In this document: positions 13,561 through 26,947 of the stretch, one piece after another
How positions within the stretch are numbered: the stretch's first letter is position 1
Layout of the letters: each line of letters opens with the position of its first letter
Origin: Callorhinchus milii
Lineage: Eukaryota
Assembly (NCBI RefSeq): GCF_018977255.1
Contig: NW_024704742.1
Span: forward strand, 60,266,001 to 60,330,000
Direction: 5' to 3'
DNA length: 64,000 bases
Made by a program: the position numbers and the translations under genes
Notes under the pieces: generated by a model
The model's database searches: none
What the model saw: the letters and a program-made list of their open reading frames with translations, nothing else
What the model was told of the DNA's origin: nothing

Positions 13561-14244
13561 ATATGACAACACAATGTAAAAAAAACCTTTATGCAAAGAA
13601 ACAATTAGAATTTCTCTCCTGTCACTATTTGTGATTCTCATACACACCACTGCGAAAGGGACTTTTTTTATTCTCTAAATAGAGACGTGACATTTTATTG
13701 ACGACAGTTCACCTTCTGACTGATATACCAGTGTCTTGTCACTCTTACTGGAGGGGAACTGTCAAGCTAATCTGAGATGCTCTTTTATTCCAGTTTATAA
13801 ATAACCTTTCTCGAGACAAATGAACTTGACAGTTTGAAATGTGAAAATATTGACATCTTTAGCAAGCGGCACAATATATTTAAATAGTATCCGGTCATTG
13901 TTGTGCGTTTTATTTTTAATTCAACTCATCCTGACAGCTGATTAACGTAGGGAAATATTGACAATAAAAAGGGTTTTCTTTTTTTTAATGCATCAGTGTC
14001 CTCCTGACGTTAAAGGCGCTATATAAATGTAATTTTGTTGTTGTTGTTGAATAAATTTAAAATCTGCATCTAAATCTGATCACTGTGAGAAGCCAGCAAT
14101 GGCCTGGAATCGTACAATTTTTCAGCATGAGAAGGAGTCCTTTCAACCCATTTGTGCTTGTGAAGGTCCATCTATAAGATATGTTTTGCCTTATTCCCTT
14201 GCCTTTCCTCCATCCCCCGTTACTGTTTTTCCCCTACAGACTTT

Positions 14245-14600
14245 TAAGAACTTGAGAAATAGGAGCAGGAGTAGGCCATTCGGCCCCTCAAGCCTGCACC
14301 ACCATTTAATAAGGTCATGGCTGATCTTCTAACCTAAGTCCATTAGCCTGCCCTATCCCCATAACCCTTAATCCCTTTAGTTTTTAAAAATCTATTGATC
14401 TCAGTCTTCAATATGTTCAATGATTGAGTATCCACAGCCATCTGGGGTACAGAATTCCATAACTTCACTGCCCCCTGAGTCAAGAAATATTTTCTCAACT
14501 CAGTTCTAAAGGGCTGACCTTTAATCCTGAAACTATGACACCTAGTTTTAGATTCTCCAACCAGGGGAAACAGTCTCAACCTCCTCATCCCAGGAACCAA
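14245..14600 (-). mobile_element. CR1 3' fragment
   Basis: LFPLVGESKTRCHSFRIKGQPFRTELRKYFLTQGAVKLWNS; same family as 23592-24167. Confidence 0.85.
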
Positions 14601-16194
14601 CCCAGCTCAGGTCTGGAACACTGATTGTGCAGCATTTTGGGACGTCCTCCCAATGTAAAAGTTGCTATACAAATGTAATTTGTTGTTGTTATTGTATAGA
14701 TTAGCATTAGTTTACAACATTCCAATTAGGTAAACTTCAATGAAGACATTAAGCATCATCATTAAGGACTGATCAATGTTGATGTAATCTTTTAGTCTAT
14801 CCTTGCAAGCCTAGCATTAATGATTAGCATTGCTGTCTTCATAGAATCAAGATAGAAATTTGTACAACATAGAAGAAGGCAATTCTGCCTATCATGATGA
14901 TAATAATCCTTACATTTGTTATAGCCTTATCACATCTTTGCGTTGTCTCAGAGCCCTTCCCAGGATACACTGTAAAGTTTTTTGGGTGAAACAAAACAGA
15001 ATAGTGATAATCAATATTTGTCTAATAGATTAATCACTATGGATTGTATTATAATAAAGGAATTTTGTTGTATTGTTGAAACTGATTTATTTAAGATAAT
15101 AATAATCCTCACATTTGGTGTGACGCTTTTCATGTCAGGAGAACATCTGAAAGTGCTTCACGCGATATACTGCAAAATGTAGTGATTATGTTTTATGGGT
15201 GAACAAAGATGTTACAATTACTATTAGAACTAGCCAGGATAGCACATGATGTTGCTTCAAACCAAAAAATTGAGAAGGGAGATACTCACCTTCAACCCAA
15301 AACCTCTCATCAGAATAGCCTGTGATCTTAAAGGTTGCCTGAGGAATCACGGAGGTTCACTTGGCCTGATAAGGCCATATGCTCTAGGGAGTTCAGTAAG
15401 TTTCCTCCTTCAATGTCAAGTATGTTGTGCATTGCACCATAACTGATAGTCTGCAATACAAATTGCAAAATGTGCCGTCATCTATGATTGATATATTTCC
15501 AACAAATTCTACTTTACAATGCCTACACATGAACAATGCTCTTGACTGTGATAGATCACCTCTGCGGTACCTTACTGGTATTTACCCTTTTGTTCTCTCC
15601 AACAAAGACACAGGGTCATTGGGGCTGCAGAGAGCTACTGCACTGCACATTTGACAAGAACCACTCAAACAGCCAGTCCTGCTTGAATTGGATATGCGCT
15701 CCTCCACGTCCATGACATTTAATATTTTATTTTCTGTGGTAGGTTCCCAAACCAATATTGGAAATCTATATTGGATTCTTGCAACCCTGCATAAACAGTT
15801 GACAAATGATCTGCTGCATGCAGGATTGTGGTTTATGGATGTTGCCAGACTGTTGCAAATATTATAAAACCCAGTAAAAANCGTTCTCCGCGTGATCAAG
15901 TGATGCATAAATACTGCAGTTAACAAACAAAGTTATAAAGAAACTGCATTTTTAAAAGCAAGAGATTGAAAGATCAAAGGAACAGCTATGTTGCATAGTG
16001 TTCAATATGTTGAAGGACAATTTTTAAAAAATCAAAACAATTTGATCTTTAGAGACATGTTGAAATTGATTTTAAAAAGATATAAGGTTCCACAATATTT
16101 GTTCAATATCAACAGAGATGGTTACGAGTTTTATAAGCAATATGTTTTCTAACTTAGGTGCTTATTTGAAATTTGAATACTAATTAATTGAATT

Positions 16195-16601
16195 AGCATT
16201 TCATGTCGGGGACATCTCAGACCATTTTACAGGATTTACTGTAAAATATGGCACTATGTATTTTATAGGCAAACCTAACCACCCAATATGCACACAGCAA
16301 AGTCCCACAAACAGCCCTGATGTGAACAACAATTTTTTTCTTTAGGGGATTTTTGGCAGGATACTGGGAGAAACTTCCTTCTTTTTTTGATCAGTGTGAT
16401 GGGATCTTTAATGTCCATCTGAACCCATAGGTAGGACTTCAGTTTAATGTCTTATCCAAAATATGGCACCTCCAACAATGGAATACAACCTCAGCACTCC
16501 ATTGGTGTTTCAGTATAGAGAATAGAAGTTCAAAGGTTGGACTTGAACCCACAACCTTCTGACTCCGAAGCAAGAGTGCTACCAACTGAGCCAAGCTGAC
16601 A
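16195..16601 (-). mobile_element. SINE family B, near full length
   Basis: Head cttgaacccacaaccttctgactccg...ctgagccaagctgacac, Deu core, shared tail. Confidence 0.85.
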
Positions 16602-17999
16602 CTTATTTCATTGTGTTTTGGCATACCCAAAGATGTCATCAATGATAATCGACATATCACATGGCACAATTTTCATTTATTCTTTGCAGTGTTCTGTTTC
16701 CCTTCTCCTTTCTCTTTCTTCAAGCATTCTTAAACCTTTCCTTGGATTCACTACACTGATTATCTTTCAGTTCTTTTTCTTGTCCTAATTCGACTTATTT
16801 GAGTCTCTTTTCTTAAACTGAAATTTACGATTTCACTATTGTTTATTTCTTTTCAATGCTTCTGCCCTGAACTGAAACTCGTGGTCTTTGAAACTCTTCA
16901 TCCTATGTCTTCGCCAATTCACCTTTAGAATTGGTTTGAAACTTTTTTCTAGTCCTAGTTATTTATCTGTGTCCTTCACAAATTGCAAAATTCTTTAAAA
17001 CCGCTTTGCAGTGTTAATGAGAAGATGGAATTTCTCCCCCAGTAGATAAATAGATGGCATGTCTCCAATACAGTAGCAGATTAGAAATAAATTGTCGAGA
17101 GTAAATCAAACCAAGAAAAACTGTGCATACCGATTGTCAAACAGAGTTCAAGAGATTAAATTAAGATATGATTAAAATAGAACATAGAACTTGCCCTTAA
17201 TCATTAAAGTTTATTCAAAGGTCTTTTTAAAGGTAATCTAACTTGCCATTAAAGCAGCATAATTTCATGAATTGTCATTACCTACTAACCTTTGGCCACA
17301 ATTAAGAGAGTAGTTCTTCGTTGCTGAAGGATCACACCGAGAGACAACCTTCCCTCGTCTGTCAATCAAAGATTGTAATGGGAGTAGTAAAGAGAAATCT
17401 TTTATAGTGAGTTTCAACTCCATGTTACATTTTATTTTTTTATCAGAATTTCATTAGATTTATCATTGACCCACTGGAATCCTAAATCATGATGTAGCTT
17501 CCACTGAACTGGAGTTCTTGTGGGTCAGCGTGACATATTTCCAGTTTGCAAAAGGAGTTCCCAATATCACTGGTTAAGAAATACCACCAATATAAACCTA
17601 TGGAGATGACTGGAGGTTCAACAAAAAGCAACAGAATGCCATTGATTTGCAAAACATGAACACGTGTGAGACATGTGGATGAGCAATGGATACCATTTCA
17701 TAATTTATGGACACTAGGTTAACAAGCTATGTGGGCAGATTTTGAAGTTTGGGTTAAATTCATCCTTGATGTGCATTTATTTTTTCTGCAGCTCTTAAAA
17801 GGGACACTCAGAATAAGAATTAAGACTACTTTTAACAATTTTGCAAAATTGTGTGGAATCTTCCATTTATCGACAATGGTCTCGAGGCTAACATAATGAG
17901 AAATTTTAGGCCACCGATGTTAAAAAAAATCGATTCACTTCCATCCGCTTGCAATTCCTCCAACAATGCAATATTAACACATTGCCTTCCATGAATATT

Positions 18000-18235
18000 A
18001 ATACAATACAAATTTACATTTATGTTGCACCTTTCACATTGGGAGGAACTCACAAGGTACTGTTCAGTCTAGAATTTTCACCCGATCTGGGGGTGAGGAC
18101 CTAGGGTGTGGAGGACAGAGAGATGGCTGAAAGTATAGGATGGAGAGGAAAATCTTGAGGTGGACTTTGAAGGAGGTGAGGGAAGCGGTGACTCAAAGGG
18201 ACTCGGGGATGGAGTTCCAGATGGAGGGATATTTT
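18000..18235 (-). mobile_element. L2 3'-end fragment
   Basis: ttacatttatgttgcacctttcacattgggagg tail plus G-rich 3' region. Confidence 0.65.
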
Positions 18236-18284
18236 CAAAGCCCAAAGCCCTGTCAGTGCTCACAACGAATTATCATCTGAAATA

Positions 18285-18690
18285 ATTTAGAAATTCGATT
18301 TCAAGATCCTCACCCTTGTATTCAAGTCCCTGCACTCCTCTGCAGCCCCTACCTCTCTGACCTCCTCTCTCCTCAAAACAGTACCTGTTGCCTTCATTCC
18401 TCCAAGTCTGGCTTCCTCCTCGTCCCCCGAGTCTTCCGCTCCACCCTCGGCGGCCGTGCCTTCAGTCACTATGCCCTGAGGCTCTGGAACTCGTTTCCTC
18501 ACTCCCTTTGCCTCGATCCCGTCCTTCCTATTTTCAGGTCTCTGCTGAAGACCTTTCTTTTAGACCGTGCCTTTGGTCACCTTCCTCCCCCTCCCCCTGG
18601 CTCGGTTCTGTGATCCATTACTGCAAAGCGCTCTGAGACGCCGTCCGACGTGGAGGGCACTGTGTAAATCGAACTTGTTGCTGTTGTTGT
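18285..18690 (+). mobile_element. L2 3'-end fragment
   Basis: ttcaagatcctcacccttgtattcaag (FKILTLVFK) ... gcgctctgagacgccgtccgacgtggagggcac...(TTG)n. Confidence 0.8.
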
Positions 18691-19124
18691 AGAAAGATCA
18701 TCCAGTTTTCCACTGCAATTTCACTGTGCAGTTTCTCTATATCGTAATACAGAGAAGAATTGTCTTTTGGGTTTTTTGGGGACTTCAATAGAGTCAGTCA
18801 CCTTTTGTTGTATTTTAATACTTGTTTTCTGACTAGATCTTGGCTATAATTCCATGGGGAGAAGAAGGGGAAGTGAGGAGACACTGCCACCACTAGTCAG
18901 TAAGGGTATTACACTTGGTTTAGGGAGAATCTAGGAATGCAAGCTCAAACTAAACACAGTTAATTGTGATAATAATTAATGCTGGAGTTAATTAGCCCTA
19001 GCACTAAATTGGTTAAGAAATACCATACATTTCTCCAAAGTGGTCGTAAAGAATTTCCATCCATGCTCCATAGCAGACAATATATACTGAAAAACAAGCC
19101 TACTACTGTTTTCTTTCTCTGGGC

Positions 19125-19441
19125 AATAATAATAATAATAATCCTTGCATTTGATATAGCGCTTTTCACGTCGGGAGGACATCCCAAAGCGCTTCACAGA
19201 ACACACTGTAAGGTGAGTTGACTGTATATTTGTGGGCAAACACGGCAGCCAATTGCACACAGCAATGTCCCACAAACAGTCGTAGATTGAAAATGACCAA
19301 TTTATTATTGTTTTTGGTTTTGGAGGGATTATTATTAGGCGTGTGGAGTAAGGAAACTTGCCCAAGGTTTCGCCCTGCCTGGAATTGAACTCAGGACTCT
19401 CGCTTGCAAAGCGACTGCTCTAACCACTGAGCTACAGGACT
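19125..19441 (-). mobile_element. SINE family A with internal deletion
   Basis: Head ctaaccactgagctacaggact, core ggagtaaggaaacttgcccaa, (TAA)n tail. Confidence 0.9.
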
Positions 19442-19959
19442 GCACATACACTTTTATAAAACGATTAGCTTGAATTTCTCTGCCATCAGTGGGTTTTGAT
19501 CTGATGCTTTGTAAGCTTTCTATATTTCCAAATATTCTGCTCCCAGTATCGCTATCCAAAAACCTCAAACAATGTTACTCAATGGAATCTATGGGTTCTT
19601 CATACAGGGGATATTGGATGTTGCTCTGTTTCTCACCTGTTCAGTGGTTTCTTTCCTCCAGTTGCTACACACAATACACAATACATCTGTGTTATAGAAG
19701 TTGAAACAAGTTTGCTGTTAATGCAAAAAATTGCCATCTTCGTTTCATTTTATTCAGTTTGATACTGATACTGCTTTAAATTTCAAATGCTTTTCAGAGC
19801 CATTTACAAACCAAGCTGCTCAATGTACTTTCTCCCATCTATTGTCTGTAAGCAGGAATCTGTTGTGCTTCCACATTTTTGCTGCAGCTTTCACCTGCAG
19901 TTTATTACAAGCAAGGATGTCAACCTCTTTATTAGAAGACATATAAAACATGTCAGAAC

Positions 19960-22900
19960 CCATAGGGTGGTGGTACAGAGAAAGCCATGAGACTGGGAAA
20001 ATGTTACTAGTGGAGTTCCAGTAGAGTCTGTATTGGGACCTCTTTTGTTTAATATTTTCATAAATAATTTAGAACTGGAAGTCACAAGCACAGTGGCTAA
20101 ATTTGTAGATGACACCAAGCTAATGAAGGTGGTAGATTGTGAAGCTGGTTACAAGAGGATTTGAACATACATGGGAATTGGGGAGATCGGTGGTAGATGA
20201 AATTCAATGTGGAGAAATGTAAAGTTTTTCACATGGGGACAAAAAATCCTGAAGGGACTATTGTTTGAACACAAGGAAAATAATATGTATGGGAAATGAA
20301 AAGGACCGGGGGTCCTGATTGACAATAAATTGAATCTCTCCCAACAATGCTCTAGTGCAATGATTAAAGGAAACCAGATGTTGGGATGTATCAGAAGATC
20401 AATAGCAAGCCACAATAGTGGGTGTAATCTTGCCACTGTATAAATCATTGGTGAGACATACTTATAGTACTGTGTACAGTTCTGGTTGCTGCAGTACAAA
20501 AAGAATATTGAACAAATCGAGAAGATACAGAGGAGGGCAAGCAAAATGATTGAGGGAATGGAAGGACTGGACTATGAGGAGCGACTACGTAAATCAGGCA
20601 TGTTCACGCTGGAAAAGAGAAGATTGAGAGGCGAAATGATTGCTGTTTTCAGATTCTAAAGGGGCCAGACGATATATAGATTATGTTCGACTTTTTCAAC
20701 TTGTCCAGAATAGTAAAACCAGAGGGCACGGCCTGCGATTGAAGGGGGATAAATCCAACAACAACAAGATTACATTTGTATAGCACCTTTCACGTCAGAA
20801 GGACGTCCCAAGGCGCTGGACAGTGTACAACATTTCAGACCCGAGCTGGGGTCAGGGAGGGAGAAGGGAGGGGAAGGGAAGGGGTGCGGCCGATGGCATG
20901 GTAGAAGAAGAGGGTTTTGAGGCAGGACTTGAAGGAGGCTAAGGAGGGGGTGAGGCAGAATGACTGGGGGATGGAATTCTAGAGGTTGGGGGCAGAGTGG
21001 CTGAAGGCTCTCCCACCAATGGTGGGGCGGGTGGGTCGGGGGATGTGGAACAGGCCAGAGCTGGCTGAGCAGAGGGAACGGGCAGGTTGGTAGGGGGTTA
21101 GGAGGTTGCAGAGGTAGGGTGGGGTGAGGCCATGGAGGGCTTTCTAGGTGAGGACCAAAATTTTGAACTGGATTCTCTGAAGGATACGGAGCCAATGGAG
21201 TCGGGCGAGAATGGGGGAGATGGGGTCAAAGAGTTTGGTGCGGGAGAGGACACGGGCTGCAGAGTTCTGAATTATCTGCAGCCTGTGGAGGGAGGAGTTG
21301 GGAAGGCCAACAAGCAGGGCATTTGCATAATCGAGCCTGGAGGGGATGAAGGCATGACCAAGAGTTTCAGCGGCCTGAGGGGTGAGGTAGTGGCGGAGTC
21401 GGGCGATGTTATGGAGGTGAGGAAAGGCAGAGCGGGCCATGGGTTGAATGTGCGGAAGAAAAGACAGTTGAGGGTCGAACAAGACACCCAGATTCCTGAC
21501 TGGCTTGGTGAGTTGTAGTGTGCAACCATGGAGGTTGATGCTGCCAGAGCCTGAGGTGCTGAGGCGCTGGCGTGAGCCAATCAGGAGGACCTCCGTCTTG
21601 TTCACATTCAACCGTAGGAAGTTTGCCCTCATCTAGGATTTGCTGTCTGACAGGCAGTCTGTCAGGAAAGCAGTGGTCCTGGAGTTGAGGGTGGAGGCAG
21701 AAAGATGGAGTTGGGTGTCATCCGCATACATGTGGAAGTTGACCCCGTGTCTGCGGATGATGTCACCAAGGGGGAGAATGTAGATATTAAAGAGAGGGCC
21801 AAGGACAGAGCCCTGGGGGATACCAGACGTAACAGTGCGGGGGCTGGAGGAGAAACCGTTAGAGGCAACAAAGTGGAGAAGGTGACAGAGATAGGAATCT
21901 AACCAGGCAAGGGCAGATCCGTGAAGATTGAGTAAAGCAGAGTGGCGGTGTATGAGGATGGAGTGGTCGACAGTGTCGAAGGCGGCAGAGAGGTCGAGGA
22001 GGACAAGGAGGCCGAGGGAGCCCTGATCACAGATGTTCAGAATGTCATTAGTGACTTTGACCCGGGCTGTTTCCGTGCTGTGGGCAGCGTGGAAGCCGGA
22101 TTGGAGGGGTTCAAAGAGGGAATGGCGAAAAACGAGTGGAGCTGGGACACGACGACTCATTCCAGGACCTTGGAGAGGAATAGGAGGTTAGAGATGGGGC
22201 GGTAGCTGGAGAGGTGGAATGAATCCAGGGAAGGTTTTTTCAGGATGGGGGTGATGACGGCTGTTTTTAGGGGAGTCGGAACTGAAACGGTGGACAAGGA
22301 GAGGTTGATGACATCTGACAAGAGAGGGGCCAGAAGGTGGAACTGGAAGATGAGGAGAGAGGTGCGGATGGGATTGAGGGAGCAGGTGGTGTGTTTGAGT
22401 TTGTGAACAGTCGTGGTGAGGGAGGAGGGAGAGATAGGGTCGAAGGAGTAAAAGGGGCGATGGGTGGGTCATGAGGGAGAGGTGATGTGGGGGTGGCTGT
22501 GGACAGGGCTGAGGTGGCTGAACGTATCCCCTCGATTTTAGATTTGAGGATGTCCAGCATCTCCTCATAGTTGGAGTTTGAGGAGAGGATGTGCGAGGTA
22601 TGGGACGGTGGATGGAGGAGATGGTTTGTGGTGGAAAAGAGAAGCCTGGGGTTGTCCGTTGCCTCCAAGATAACCTTGGAGTAGAAGGAGGATTTAGCGG
22701 AGGCAAGTGCGCAGCGGTAGGTCTTGGTATGATGAAGCCAAATCTGCCGATGGACCCTTAATTTGGATTTGGTCCAGGCGCATTCGGCAGCTCGCACTTG
22801 TGCCTTGAAGGAACGGAGGTGACTGGTGTATCAGGGGGATTTACAAGAGTATGAGGTAGTTCGGGAGGTGAGGGGGCCAAAGAAGTCCAGAATGGAGGAG

Positions 22901-23043
22901 AGGGAGTTGTGAAGAAAAGAGAGTAAGTGTTGATTCTTTCAAGCAAAGATTAGATAGTTTTCTTTCAGGAAATAACATTATGGGATACAGTACATAGAAG
23001 GCGAACTAGATGGACCTTGGTCTAGCCTTTCTTATGTTCTTAT
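19960..23043 (+). mobile_element. CR1 LINE 3' portion (19960-20756 and 22935-23043) split by an L2 insertion
   Basis: RT motifs SGVPVESVLGPLLFNIFINNL and KFVDDTKL on the + strand; terminal cttatgttcttat at about 23031-23043. Confidence 0.85.
20757..22930 (-). mobile_element. L2-clade LINE, 5'-truncated, best-preserved L2 in the window
   Basis: LQSGFHAAHSTETA, LLDLSAAFDTVDH, GIPQGSVLGPL, FHMYADDTQL, FLRLNVNKTE, LHWL; (CAA)n tail at 20757; frameshifts and stops. Confidence 0.95.
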
Positions 23044-23044
23044 A

Positions 23045-23190
23045 AGTAGGTGTGTCCTTCCGAAGGAAAGAGTGTGCTCCTTCCATGTGTAGGTGGCATG
23101 CATTTGTGGAACTCACTGTGTAGTTTGAATATTTTAAAGCATTGTGATTGTTTTTTGCATGTGTCAGTCATCCAGTTGACCAAATAAATG
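23045..23190 (+). repeat. Family C 3' fragment
   Basis: tgtgtccttccgaaggaaagagtgtgc...ccatgtgtaggtggcatgc...catgtgtcagtcatccagttgaccaa. Confidence 0.65.
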
Positions 23191-23591
23191 TTTTAGACAG
23201 ATACTTAGTTTTATTATTTATTTGGGGAATTTTTCACAAGCAATTATAAACATAATGGGCATGTTGAGTCAGTAGCTCAGTTTTTAAAAACAATAACATA
23301 TTTCCATTTGATATTTTGCATGAAGCAGTGTATGCTTCACACAATGTATGCCTTTGAAGTGAAATGAGTGTTGTTACAGTGGCAAAGGCAACAGGTGATA
23401 TGTGCCATGAACATTGCATGAACAGTGAGAAATAGAGCAATTTGCATTTGGGTTAACTATAGAACAACATTCGTAATGTATGTACAACCTTTATAGATGG
23501 TATCACAGTACTTTTTTTAACTATCAAGATGAACAAATTTGCATCAAACCTATTGTCTTGGCTCACTTCACTTCATAGGAACTCAGAAACA

Positions 23592-24167
23592 AAAGAACAT
23601 AAGAATAAGGAGCAGGAGTAGGCCATTCGGCCCCTCTAGCCTGCCCCGCCATTCAATAAGATCATGCCTAATCTATTCTAACTCCTCCTACCCGCTTTAT
23701 CCCCATATCCCTTAATCCCTTTATCTACAAGAAATCTATCAAGCTCAGTCTTGAATATATTCAAGCACTGAGCATCGACAGCCCTTTGGGGTAGAGAATT
23801 CCATAAATTCACTACCCTCTGAGTGAAGAAGTTTTTCCTCAACTCAGTGCGAAAGGGCTTTCCCCTAATTTTAAGACTGTGATGCCTGGTTATAGTTTCT
23901 CCAAACAGGGGAAAAAGTCTCCCACTATCTATTCTGTCTTGCCCCTTAATAATCTTATAGGTTTCTATAAGATCATCTCTCATTCTTCTATAATCTAAAG
24001 AATATAGGCCTAAATTGCTCAACCAATCCTCATAGCTCATCCCCCTCATCCCTGGTACCAACCTAGTGAATCTATGTTGTACCCCTCCAAGGTGAGTACA
24101 TCCTTTCTTAAATAAGGAGAGCAAAACTGCACACAATACTCTAGGTGCGGTTTCACCAGGGCCCTAA
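23592..24167 (-). mobile_element. CR1 3' fragment
   Basis: [29 protein letters not shown]...FFTQRVVNLWNSLP; tail aagaacataagaa. Confidence 0.9.
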
Positions 24168-26947
24168 GGAGGGGGAGAGTTGAAAACTTGTGCCCTGTGG
24201 AAGCTCTGGGGCCACACATAGTTTTAACAATAATAATACTTGCATTTTATATAATAATAATCCTTGCATTTGATATGGCACCTTATCATGTTTTCTAGAC
24301 CTCTCAAAGCTCTTCACAGAATATACTGTAAAGTGTAGTGACTGTTTATGTTGTGGGTGAAATGTGGGATTGTCTGTTGAGAGTTGTATTTCAGCTGTTT
24401 ACAATACAAAATTACATTTGTATAGCATCTTTCATGTCGGGAGGACATTCCAAGGACATTTACCTGCAGATACTGGGGTCTACCAGGTATGGGAAGTGTG
24501 CTTGTTTACTGAAAATGCTGGTGGCGTGTTCACTCTGTTGTCATGCTGCTGTCACCATATTTCTGTTGAGAGACTGTGATTAAGCGTTACAGTATTGGGA
24601 AGCACTTTCTGACCGCAAGGAGCTGTTTTGTGCCAGCACTGTACCAAACCTAAAAGTAAAAATTGACTATGGAGCATTGAATGTCTAAGCACGCTGACGA
24701 CGTACCATAGTTGGAAACTGTGGGTTTGTTTTATGACTTAATGTGCAAGGCCCCAGAAAGTTACAAAAACACTAAGGGCATTACAAGAACACTAACTATA
24801 TGGTGGCACATGGAGATTTAGTGCATGATACATTGGAAGGAAGTTGGAAGCATGCCCTGCAGATCATTCTGCTTAGCATTTAACTTTGCTGATAACTCCT
24901 ATTGCCAATGAGGCAGACAGTTGAGGCTGCTTTCCAGTAATATCACATTGATTAATGCTCAGAGAACCTTAAAACACTTACCCAAAACTATACACCTATA
25001 GCACTGATGGTCATAATTCTCTTCCTCCGAACCACAGTCACATCTTAAGTACAAAGGTTCTCTTGGGGTAACTGCAACCAACTGCCACAGATGACATGTA
25101 TTAAAGCTAAACAATATATAACCTGCCATCTCCTAGATTGCCTTTTATCCTCCTTCATTGCAGACAGGGGAGTTAGTTGAAAGTGGAACGAGATTCCATC
25201 AATCATATATTAGTAAATTCCTGAAAGCACCAAGCAAATTGTATTATACTTATGAAAAGAAAAACAAACCCCAGTTGCTGAATGAAATTTTAATGTGAAG
25301 GTGGGTGTTCTGTGCAAACTAGGTTACACAGACACTGATGTATGTGGTGCAGCACACAAAAGACAAGTACACCCTTGAAACAAAGCAATAACTCAGTCTG
25401 ATAAAAATATCAAGGGGCCTGGGCCTCTGTGCAAAAACTGGAAAAAGAACACATGCCAAAATCAGAAGGCTTCCAGGCAGATAGCTTGCTGGATTTTTGC
25501 CTTAACTATTTCAAACCATTTCATGCATGAGCACAAAGGTTGTGGATGATAAATATATGTAGAATCATATTAATTTTTTAACCAAGCCGAAGCTCTTGGA
25601 TAGTTCTAGATGTGTTTAATGCAAGTTTAAAAAATACTCAGTATGACTCACGCAGTTCAGCTGAATCTGATCGCACTACGCATTGCAATGAACACGAGAA
25701 ATTTTGTATGTTTTACCTTAAAAAACTTAGCAATGGAATCGAGGGGTAAAAAAATTGAGGTTTAGTTGCTGATATATTTAGATATTTATCTTATATATTT
25801 AGCTAATTGATAATTATCTAAATATATAAGTTCCTTATTATCAAAAAATGTTTTTTAAAAAATCATGAACTAAAATCCAGAGTGAATCTTGCAGAAATAT
25901 TACATCAAATCAATTATAAAATCTCACAATTTTCACCCCAAGAGGCTAAAGTAGCAGAGTGACGAAGTTCACCCTTTTGCTTGCCAATGAGGCTTTATAT
26001 ATTTCTTCACCTAGGTTTGTATTTTTTTCAATTATAACCTTGAGTACCCTATTAAAAATGTAGGGTAACATTTTGTGTTTCATTCTAGTTGAATTGATAT
26101 TACTGTCAATGTTTGCAAAAAATGACATTTAACCCAATTATTAATCTAAAGCAGCATAATCAACTTATTCCGCATAGCTCAGAATGCAGGATCATGTTTT
26201 ATTTAACAATACGTTTTTATGTATATCCGCTTCTTGGTCCGTAATCTGACAGCAGCTGAATAGCAGCAGATAAAATACATCTTTCCATTTTGCTTAAAAA
26301 TATTGTTGTTTGTAGCTCTGGATTGCATTATGGAGAAAGCAATATATATTCATATAGTAAATATTAGGCTCTTTTAAGTTACATTATCAATGCTAAATAG
26401 TTTCTCATTGGTGACGTAAGTAGAATCTAAAATAAATAAGGTTAAAAATAAAAGCTGAAAAGAAAGTCACAAATGCTTAACATTTCAAATAAAAGCACAA
26501 GATTTTAGGAAATGCATAACAGTTGGGTCAGCATCTGAAAGATAAAAACAATGTTGTTTTATTCCTTTTTTGTTGCCCTATTCTTGCCCAGCAACACCCT
26601 GGGTTATTCATTGTCTGAGCTTTTCAATAATTGGTACAATTTAGACTTTGTTTTGAATCCTTCAAAGAACCTACAGAAAACCAACATTAAAATTAAGGCT
26701 GTGTTTAACAATCGTCCAAAATGTGCATGTACTAGAATGCTAAGAAACAAGTCTACAGCAACAACAACAGCAACAACAACTTGCATTTATGTTGCACCTA
26801 TTATGCTGCGTAGTATCTCAAAGTGCTGAAAAGTGTAGTTAATGTAAAAGTGAACACCCAGGTGGAATTTTCCCCCCTTCCTACCCCTCCCATGCTTCTG
26901 GACTCTTAGAAAATCCACAAGGTCATGAACATGACATGTGGACACGT

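Noticed and set aside
15881..15881. Single N after an A run (also at 52282)
   Set aside because: Assembly ambiguity next to homopolymers, not biology
24471..24495. DTGVYQ peptide between cag and gtatgg as an Ig-domain microexon
   Set aside because: Only 17 nt, acceptor abuts an L2 tail stub, no other Ig-like sequence
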